Assembly: GCA_022652655.1 (NCBI GenBank)
Contig: JALCRQ010000003.1
Span: forward strand, 27,668 to 91,667
DNA length: 64,000 bases
Reading direction: 5' to 3'
DNA from: Oscillibacter sp.
Lineage (GTDB): Bacteria; Bacillota; Clostridia; Oscillospirales; Oscillospiraceae
Shown: in pieces, positions 10,330-17,072 of the stretch
Layout of the letters: the number at the start of each line of letters is the position of its first letter
How positions within the stretch are numbered: the stretch's first letter is position 1
The notes under the pieces: model-generated
Databases searched by the model: none
The model's input: the letters and a program-made list of their open reading frames with translations, nothing else
What the model was told of the DNA's origin: nothing
Position numbers and translations under genes: made by a program

Positions 10330-11598
10330 TTAACCGAACAGGCTCATCAGCACGCCGGCCGCGATGGCGGAGCCGATGACGCCGGCCACATTGGGGCCCA
10401 TGGCGTGCATCAGCAGGAAGTTGCCGGGATTCTCCTTCTGGCCCTCCATCTGGGATACACGGGCGGCCATGGGGACGGCGGATACGCCGGCGGAGCCGAT
10501 GAGAGGATTGATTTTTTCCTTGAGGAACAGGTTCATGAACTTGGCCAGCAGCACGCCGCCGGCGGTGCCGAAGCCGAAGGCCACCACGCCCATGCACATG
10601 ATGGCGATGGTCTGGCCGGAGATAAAGGTGGCACCGGTGGCCGTGGCGCCGACGCTGACGCCCAGGAAGATGGTGACAATGTTGATGAGTTCGTTCTGAA
10701 CTGTCTTGCTCAGCCGTTCCACCACACCACATTCACGGAACAGGTTGCCCAGCATCAGGCAGACGATCAAAGGCGCGGCGGAGGGCACCAGCAGGGCCAC
10801 AAAAATCGTGACCACAATGGGGAAGATAATCTTTTCCCGTTTGGAGACCTCCCGCAGGGGCTTCATAACGATTGCGCGCTCGGACTTGGTGGTCAGCGCC
10901 CGCATGATGGGCGGCTGGATCACCGGGACCAGCGCCATGTAGGAGTAGGCCGCCACCGCGATGGGCCCCAGCAGCTCCGGCGCCAGCCGGGAGGTGACGA
11001 AGATGGCTGTGGGGCCGTCCGCGCCGCCGATGATGCCGATGGATGAGGCCTGCTTGGCGGTAAAGGAGAGGAACGGCAAAACCCGGCAGCCGATAAAGGT
11101 CATAAAGATGCCCAGCTGCGCGGCCGCGCCCAGCAGCAGACTCTTGGGATTGGCGATCAGGGGGCCGAAGTCGGTCATGGCGCCCACGCCCATAAAGATG
11201 AGGCAGGGGTAGATGCCCAGCTTGATGCCCAGATACAGGATGTCCACCAGACCCGGGGTGATGGTCTGTCCCACATGGACGGAGGCCAGCACGGCCTGGG
11301 ATACGCCGTCGGAGGCCAGGGTGTTGAGGAAGGCCTGGGTGATCTCGGCACCGCCAAAAAGGTTCCAGTGGACATGTCCGCCGGCGAAAAGGATTTCATG
11401 GAACATCTCCGCCCCGGGCAGGTTGGTGAGCAGCATGCCGAAGGCAATGGTCACCAGCAGCAGCGGCTCAAATTTCTTGCCGATGCCCAGATACAGGAGC
11501 ACGCAGGCAATGGCGATCATAATGAGGCTTTTCCAGCCGCCTGCCACAAAAAACTGGTAAAACCCCGTACTTTGACAAAAATTGATAATTGCTTCCAT
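10330..11598 (-). CDS. oadB: Na+-translocating decarboxylase beta subunit (integral membrane)
   Basis: 422-aa polytopic protein. Sequence such as GIIGGADGPT and MGPNVAGVIGSAIAAG is characteristic of the OadB/GcdB/MmdB family. Confidence 0.9.
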   Translation of the reverse strand: MEAIINFCQSTGFYQFFVAGGWKSLIMIAIACVLLYLGIGKKFEPLLLVTIAFGMLLTNLPGAEMFHEILFAGGHVHWNLFGGAEITQAFLNTLASDGVSQAVLASVHVGQTITPGLVDILYLGIKLGIYPCLIFMGVGAMTDFGPLIANPKSLLLGAAAQLGIFMTFIGCRVLPFLSFTAKQASSIGIIGGADGPTAIFVTSRLAPELLGPIAVAAYSYMALVPVIQPPIMRALTTKSERAIVMKPLREVSKREKIIFPIVVTIFVALLVPSAAPLIVCLMLGNLFRECGVVERLSKTVQNELINIVTIFLGVSVGATATGATFISGQTIAIMCMGVVAFGFGTAGGVLLAKFMNLFLKEKINPLIGSAGVSAVPMAARVSQMEGQKENPGNFLLMHAMGPNVAGVIGSAIAAGVLMSLFG

Positions 11599-11616
11599 AT
11601 CGTGTCCTCCAGTCCC

Positions 11617-11964
11617 TTACTGGATGACGCACAGCAGGGTGCCGGATTCCACGGACGAGCCCTTGGAGGTGTTGACGGAGGCGACGGTGCCGTCCCGGGG
11701 GCACATGATCTCATTTTCCATTTTCATGGCCTCCAGGATCATCAGCACCTGGCCGCGCTTGACACTGTCCCCCGCCTTCACATTGACGGCGAGAATGGTG
11801 CCGGGCATGGGGGAGGAGATCTTCTCCGCTCCGGCGGGAGCGGCGGCAGCAGGTGCGGCGGGAGCGGGTGCAGGGGCCGCGGCGGGTGCGCTCTGAACGC
11901 CGGTCAGTTCCTCCAGCTCTACCTCATAGGCTGTTCCGTTGACAGTCACTTTGTATTTTTTCAT
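11617..11964 (-). CDS. biotin carboxyl carrier protein (stand-alone biotinyl domain)
   Basis: 115 aa with an Ala/Pro linker and the biotinylation motif EAMKMENEI. Confidence 0.85.
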   Translation of the reverse strand: MKKYKVTVNGTAYEVELEELTGVQSAPAAAPAPAPAAPAAAAPAGAEKISSPMPGTILAVNVKAGDSVKRGQVLMILEAMKMENEIMCPRDGTVASVNTSKGSSVESGTLLCVIQ

Positions 11965-11990
11965 GGTTTTTCTCCTATCTTCTCTTTTCT

Positions 11991-12284
11991 TCAGTTTTTG
12001 GAGCCGTCCAGTTTTCGGAACGACAGAATTCGGATGCCGGAGATGTCGGTTCCCAGATTTTCAGCCAGAGCGGCGGAGACTGCGGCCAGCATTTCCTGCC
12101 GGTTGGGCTCTGCCGGGGCCGGAACGGCCGCAGGCGCAGACTCCGCGGACGGCGCCGCCTGGGTGCTTCCATTCGCCTTTCGGCACAGGGCCGACATGGC
12201 GTATGTCAGCGCGATGATGCAGATCAGACCGAAAAATACGGTTCCCAATCCCATCAGACAGACAAACAGGTTGGAATAGTCCAT
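11991..12284 (-). CDS. oadG: decarboxylase gamma subunit (OadG-like small membrane anchor)
   Basis: 97 aa with a single N-terminal TM helix and an Ala/Pro-rich linker. It is the first gene of the oad operon. Confidence 0.6.
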   Translation of the reverse strand: MDYSNLFVCLMGLGTVFFGLICIIALTYAMSALCRKANGSTQAAPSAESAPAAVPAPAEPNRQEMLAAVSAALAENLGTDISGIRILSFRKLDGSKN

Positions 12285-12488
12285 AAGATTCCTCCTTAAG
12301 CCAAACTTTGCTGTCCATTATAACAAAAAAGAGGGCGGATTACAATCGATTGGGAAGAATATTTTACCTGCCGGCAGTGTAATTTGCCCGGTGCCATTGA
12401 TAAAACCCCTTGAGCCGCAAAAGACATTGACTTGTTTCCCGGAAAGATGCAGAATAAGAGACAATCCGACAAAAGGGGAGGAGACGCG

Positions 12489-13169
12489 GTGCGCTACGGA
12501 ACAGTTATCCCGGGCAGGTTCCGGGAACGGCCCAATCGCTTTATCGCGATTGTGGATACGGAGGACGGCCGGCAGATCTGCCATGTGAAAAACACGGGCC
12601 GCTGCCGGGAGCTGCTGGTGCCCGGCGCCGCGGTTTATCTGGAGCGGGCGGAGAATCCCGCCCGAAAGACCCGGTTTGATCTCATTGCCGTGCGCAAGGG
12701 AGAACGCCTCATCAATATGGACGCCCAGGCGCCCAACCGGGTGTTCGGCGAGTGGGCGGCCGCGGGCGGTTTTCTTCCCGACGTGCGGAGCATCCGGCCG
12801 GAGTATGTCTACGGTGGGTCGCGGCTGGATTTCTGCCTTACCACGGATCGGGGGCTTCACCTGGTGGAGGTCAAGGGCGTCACGCTGGAGAGCCGCGGCG
12901 CGGCCTTTTTTCCGGACGCCCCTACGGAGCGGGGTGTCCGGCATTTGGGGGAGCTGGCCCGCGCCGTAGGAGAGGGACTTGACGCAACGCTGTTTTTTGT
13001 GATACAACTAGAAAATATCCGCAGTATGGCTCCCAACGACGCCACGCATCCGGCTTTCGGCGCGGCGCTGCGTGGGGCGGCGGCTGCGGGCGTACACATT
13101 CAGGCCTGGGACTGTACCGTGACGCCGGATACCATTGAGATCTGCCGTCCGGTTCCGGTCATTTTATAA
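12489..13169 (+). CDS. sfsA: sugar fermentation stimulation protein SfsA (nuclease-fold DNA-binding protein)
   Basis: GRFRERPNRFIAIV...CHVKNTGRCRELL...VEVKGVTL. The GTG at 12489 follows GGGGAGGAG. The track ORF begins at TTG 12432, which is an alternative start. Confidence 0.85.
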   Translation: MRYGTVIPGRFRERPNRFIAIVDTEDGRQICHVKNTGRCRELLVPGAAVYLERAENPARKTRFDLIAVRKGERLINMDAQAPNRVFGEWAAAGGFLPDVRSIRPEYVYGGSRLDFCLTTDRGLHLVEVKGVTLESRGAAFFPDAPTERGVRHLGELARAVGEGLDATLFFVIQLENIRSMAPNDATHPAFGAALRGAAAAGVHIQAWDCTVTPDTIEICRPVPVIL

Positions 13170-13185
13170 TGCGGAGGACTTTTTC

Positions 13186-13761
13186 ATGGGTTTACCGGAG
13201 CTCTTTTTGATCGGGGTGGGCCTTTCCATGGACGCGTTTGCCGTGGCGGTCTGCCGGGGGCTGTCCATGCGGAGGCTGAACTGGGGACATGCCCTGATTA
13301 TCGCGCTGTATTTTGGGGGCTTTCAGGCGCTGATGCCGCTTCTGGGGTGGCTGCTGGGGTCCCGTTTCGCCGGGTACATCCAAAGTGTGGATCACTGGAT
13401 CGCCTTTGTCCTGCTGGCGCTGATCGGCGGGAACATGGTTCGAGAGGCCTTCGGCGAGGGGGATGACTGCGCCGGCGGCGCCTGTGAGAGCGGCGACCGA
13501 CTGGATTACAAGCAGCTTTTTCTGATGGCCGTGGCCACCAGCATCGACGCGCTGGCTGTGGGCGTGACCTTCGCCTTTCTCAGCGTCTCCATTGTGCCCG
13601 CCGTCTCCATCATCGGCGTGACAACCTTCTGCCTGTCTGTGGCAGGCGTGGTCATCGGGAACGTCTTCGGCGCCCGGTACAAGCGCCGGGCAGAGATCAC
13701 CGGCGGAATCATTCTGATTCTGCTGGGGGCTAAGATTCTCATCGAGCATCTGCTCAGCTGA
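13186..13761 (+). CDS. mntP: manganese efflux pump MntP family
   Basis: Two DUF204 repeats (GLSMDAFAVAV / ATSIDALAVGV) across six hydrophobic segments. ATG 13186 follows the RBS GCGGAGGA. Confidence 0.85.
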   Translation: MGLPELFLIGVGLSMDAFAVAVCRGLSMRRLNWGHALIIALYFGGFQALMPLLGWLLGSRFAGYIQSVDHWIAFVLLALIGGNMVREAFGEGDDCAGGACESGDRLDYKQLFLMAVATSIDALAVGVTFAFLSVSIVPAVSIIGVTTFCLSVAGVVIGNVFGARYKRRAEITGGIILILLGAKILIEHLLS

Positions 13762-13769
13762 GCTTTTTC

Positions 13770-13797
13770 TTGCATTTTTTCACAGCTGTGCTACAAT
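13770..13797 (+). promoter_or_regulatory. sigma-A-like promoter with extended -10
   Basis: TTGCAT (13770-75), a 16-nt spacer, then TGc-TACAAT (13789-97). Confidence 0.55.
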
Positions 13798-13846
13798 AAC
13801 TGCGATCAGAACCCGCGCGCAGTCCGCTGCGCCGCAATCTGAAAAT

Positions 13847-13910
13847 CCGGGGAAAGAAGTGCTCCCCTGGCTTTGCCAAAACCGCTTGAAAGAGCTGATG
13901 ACTTCTGCTG
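13847..13910 (+). promoter_or_regulatory. candidate fluoride riboswitch aptamer (crcB motif)
   Basis: P1 is GGGG 13849-52 / CCCC 13864-67. Loop AGAAGU (13855-60) is complementary to ACUUCU (13901-06), giving a pseudoknot. The AAAAC linker is at 13878-82, P3 GCU-UGAAAG-AGC at 13884-95 and UGAUG at 13896-900. This order matches my memory of known fluoride aptamers; details are in the findings. Confidence 0.55.
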
Positions 13911-13941
13911 AAGGGCAGAGATCACCGGCTCTTTTGTTTTT
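13891..13941 (+). terminator. intrinsic terminator / expression platform of the leader
   Basis: AGAGCUGAUGACUUCUGC (13891-908) pairs with GCAGAGAUCACCGGCUCU (13915-32), with 2 mismatches and 2 G-U pairs, then UUUUGUUUUU. The left arm overlaps the aptamer's P3 3' strand and pseudoknot 3' strand. Confidence 0.7.
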
Positions 13942-13988
13942 GCGCGGAAGGGTGAGCAAAAAGATCAGATAGAAATGGATGAGGAAAC

Positions 13989-15503
13989 GTGTTTGAGAGT
14001 ATTTTATTTCCTGCGGGGGCCCCGCAGCCTGCGCGTGTGCAGAGCCCGCCGGAATTTTTCGACGATCTGGGCCTGAGCCGGATCATCGCCCGGGCGGGCC
14101 GCGGCTGCGAGGAGCTGTGGCCGTTTTATACCCCGCTTTCCGACCCGGCTGTCATCCGCTACCGCCAGGAGGTGGGGCGGGATCTGGAGGATGCCGCCCT
14201 GCGGTACCGGTTCGCGGGACTGGCCCAGCAGCTCCGGGCGCTGAGCCGGCAGCTCTCGGCCCACCGGACAGAGGACTTTCCATGGGTGCGGTGCAGCGAT
14301 CTTCTCTCCGCCGCGGGACAGTATCTGGAGCAGCTGCGCGCATTTTTGGAGGATTTTCCCTACGGGAGCGTCCATTCGGAGGGACTGGAGTCGTTTTTGC
14401 TCCACATCCGCCAGCATCTGAACAGCGCCCGGACCGTCCAGATGAGCATGGAGCTTTCCAAGCTGGAGCGGGAGCTGTGCGGGGTGGATTACTGCATCCT
14501 GCTGGACGGCAACACGCTCCGGGTAGGCGGCCCGGGGAAATCCCAGGAGATTGACGGGCTGGTGGAGTCGCTGTTTGACCGGTTCGGACAGGAGAATTTC
14601 GGCGGCGGAACCTGCCAGGCGCCGGGAGGCGAGCAGGACGTCCGGAACGAGGATGCGGTGCTGTCCCTTCTGGCGCGGGAGCACCCCGAGACGTTTCGCC
14701 GCCTGGCGGACTTTGGCCGGCGGTACGGCGATTTTGCCGATCCCGGGATTCTGGCCTTTGCCCGGGAGCTTCCGTTCTACCTGGGGTATCTGGACGCCAC
14801 GGACGGCATTGCCCGCGCCGGCGGCTCCTTCTGCTATCCCGCGCTGCTGGACGGATGGGACGGCTGCCGGGGAGAGGACGGCTTTGACCTGGCTCTGGCC
14901 ATGCGGCTGCAGGAAGCCGGCGGGAAGCCGGTGGAAAACAGCTTCGCGCTGCACGGGCGGGAGCGGATTCTGGTCGTCACGGGGCCGAATCAGGGCGGAA
15001 AGACCACCTATGCCAGGATGCTGGGCCAGATCTTCTATCTGGCGTCCCTGGGCGTGCGGGTGCCGGGCAGAGCTGCGGCGCTGCGGATTCCGGATCGGAT
15101 CTGCACGCACTTCGGAAAGGCGGGGCCGGACGGCGCGGACGGTCTGCGCCAGGAGCTCACGCGGCTGCGGGGCCTTCTGGAGCAGACCACCCAGGGGAGC
15201 CTGGTGATCCTCAATGAGATTTTTGCCTCCGCCTCTCACGGCGACGGCGTATATCTGGGGGAAAAGCTGATGGAGCGGCTGACGGACACCGGCTGCATGG
15301 CGGTATTCGTCACTTTCCTGTACGAGCTGGCCGACTGCGGACCGGCTGTGGTCAGCGTGATGAGCGAGATCCGGCCCGGTACCGCGGCGGAGCGGAGCTA
15401 TCACATTGCGCGGCACGCGCCCAACGGCTGCGCCTATGCGCTGTCGCTGGCGGAAAAGCTGGGATTGACCCGTGAGAAAATCACCGGGAGGCTGGAACAA
15501 TGA
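13989..15503 (+). CDS. MutS-family ATPase (domains III/V only), paralog 1, Walker B variant NE
   Basis: Walker A VVTGPNQGGKTTYARMLGQ. Walker B region SLVILNEIFASASHGDG (canonical MutS has DE). No mismatch-binding N-terminal domain and no Smr or endonuclease tail. GTG start follows GAGGA. Confidence 0.8.
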   Translation: MFESILFPAGAPQPARVQSPPEFFDDLGLSRIIARAGRGCEELWPFYTPLSDPAVIRYRQEVGRDLEDAALRYRFAGLAQQLRALSRQLSAHRTEDFPWVRCSDLLSAAGQYLEQLRAFLEDFPYGSVHSEGLESFLLHIRQHLNSARTVQMSMELSKLERELCGVDYCILLDGNTLRVGGPGKSQEIDGLVESLFDRFGQENFGGGTCQAPGGEQDVRNEDAVLSLLAREHPETFRRLADFGRRYGDFADPGILAFARELPFYLGYLDATDGIARAGGSFCYPALLDGWDGCRGEDGFDLALAMRLQEAGGKPVENSFALHGRERILVVTGPNQGGKTTYARMLGQIFYLASLGVRVPGRAAALRIPDRICTHFGKAGPDGADGLRQELTRLRGLLEQTTQGSLVILNEIFASASHGDGVYLGEKLMERLTDTGCMAVFVTFLYELADCGPAVVSVMSEIRPGTAAERSYHIARHAPNGCAYALSLAEKLGLTREKITGRLEQ

Positions 15504-16969
15504 GAGTTTGTCTGATGGATGCGGACGCCGGCCGGCGGTTCGGAGCTCCGCTGCCCTTTGGCGCAGAGGACGTTAAAAAAGATCTGGGGCTGGAGGAAGT
15601 CATCGGGGCCATGGCGGGGGAGGACCCGGTGATCCGCGCCTCGGCGGAGACGGCGCTGCTCTCTCCCCTGAAAGAGGAGGAGCGGATTCTCTACCGCCAG
15701 CGGATTCTTCGGGACTGTCTCCGGAATCCCCGGGAGATCCGCAGGCTGTATGCCCTGGCCGGCGCGGCGCTGGACGCCCAGGAGGACGGAGACCTGCACT
15801 TCAGCGAGCTGCAGACGGTGAGCCGTCAGTTTGACCGGTGCCTGACCCGGCTGACCCGGCTTCTGGAGGCGCTTCAAAAACTGCGGGCACTGGCGGAGGA
15901 GAACCGGGAGAGCGTGTCGTCGCCCGGGCTTCAGGGCCTTTTCAAAGACCTTCTCGGCAACCTGGACGACGCCTTTTTCTCCGGGGCCGATCAGCTGCTG
16001 GCCCAGCTGCGGTTTCCCGGGGGGATGCTGATCGGCGCCCGGCTGAGCCGGACGGGGCGGAGCGTGGGGCACAGGCTCCTGTGCTGCGGCCCGGAGGAGC
16101 GGGACCGTCTGAGCGGCGAGACTTTCTATCAGGTGCCGGAGGGCGATCAGCGGGGAAACGCGGATCTGCTGCACCGGCGGGAGCTGGCTCTGGCCGACAG
16201 CAACCGGATTCTGGTGCGGGCCGTATCCGGCGTGTGCGAGTATCTGCGGACGCTGCGGCGGGAGCTGGCATTTTACATCGGGTGCATGAACCTGTACGAG
16301 CTTTTGCAGGCCCGGGGCCTGGCGGTCTGCTTTCCCGCGCTCTCGGCGCAGCCGGAGCACTGGAGCGCGGCCGGACTTACGGAGCTGTGCCTTGGCCTTC
16401 AGGGGAGCGCCCCTGCCTCCAACGACCTGGAGGCCGACGGCTGCTGCCTTGTCACCGGAGCGGATCAGGGGGGAAAGACCACCTTTTTGCGCTCCCTGGG
16501 TCAGGCGCAGCTGATGCTGCAGTGCGGGATGTTTACAGCAGCGTCGTCCTTCCGGGCTCCCGCCGCGGACGGGGTGTATACCCACTTCCAGCGGGAGGAG
16601 GACCGGGGACTTGTCAACGGCAAGCTGGGCGAGGAGCTGTCCCGGATGAGCGGCATTGTGGATCACCTTCACCGGGGCTCGCTGGTGCTGTGCGACGAGA
16701 GCTTCTGCTCCACCAACGAGCGGGAGGGGGCGGAGATCGCCCTTCAGGTGACGGAGGCCCTGCGCGCCGCGGGCGTGTCTGTTTTTGCGGTGACCAATCT
16801 CTTTCCCTTTGCCCGGGAGCTGTACGCCAGGCGGAAGGCGGAGCCCTGCACCTTCCTGCGGGCGGAGCGGCTGGCGGACGGTACCCGCACCAGACGGATT
16901 CTGCCGGGGGAGCCCCAGAGGACCTCCTTCTGCGAGGATCTGTACCGGGAAATTTTTCAGGAGGCCTGA
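15500..16969 (+). CDS. MutS-family ATPase (domains III/V only), paralog 2, canonical DE Walker B
   Basis: Walker A LVTGADQGGKTTFLRSLGQ. Walker B SLVLCDESFCSTNEREG. ATGA overlap with the upstream paralog. Confidence 0.8.
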   Translation: MRVCLMDADAGRRFGAPLPFGAEDVKKDLGLEEVIGAMAGEDPVIRASAETALLSPLKEEERILYRQRILRDCLRNPREIRRLYALAGAALDAQEDGDLHFSELQTVSRQFDRCLTRLTRLLEALQKLRALAEENRESVSSPGLQGLFKDLLGNLDDAFFSGADQLLAQLRFPGGMLIGARLSRTGRSVGHRLLCCGPEERDRLSGETFYQVPEGDQRGNADLLHRRELALADSNRILVRAVSGVCEYLRTLRRELAFYIGCMNLYELLQARGLAVCFPALSAQPEHWSAAGLTELCLGLQGSAPASNDLEADGCCLVTGADQGGKTTFLRSLGQAQLMLQCGMFTAASSFRAPAADGVYTHFQREEDRGLVNGKLGEELSRMSGIVDHLHRGSLVLCDESFCSTNEREGAEIALQVTEALRAAGVSVFAVTNLFPFARELYARRKAEPCTFLRAERLADGTRTRRILPGEPQRTSFCEDLYREIFQEA

Positions 16970-16985
16970 CCGCCTGCAGAAGAAT

Positions 16986-17022
16986 TACCCGGAGCCAAAA
17001 CGGCTCCGGGTATTCTTTTTTT
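16986..17022 (+). terminator. intrinsic terminator after the MutS-like pair
   Basis: TACCCGGAGCC-AAAAC-GGCTCCGGGTA followed by TTCTTTTTTT. Confidence 0.75.
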
Positions 17023-17072
17023 AAGCCGGCGGTGGTTCAGCGGGCGCAGGCCCGGCGTGAACCGGAGGCGTC

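Noticed and set aside
8803-11046. 747-aa ORF on the plus strand across oadA/oadB.
   Set aside because: It is antisense to two genes with unmistakable family motifs. Its own translation is low-complexity (G/H/A/D/V runs).
13170-13185. A yybP-ykoY Mn2+ riboswitch in front of mntP.
   Set aside because: Only 16 nt separate the sfsA stop from the mntP start, so there is no room for an aptamer. The structured RNA in this region lies downstream of mntP and looks like a fluoride aptamer instead.
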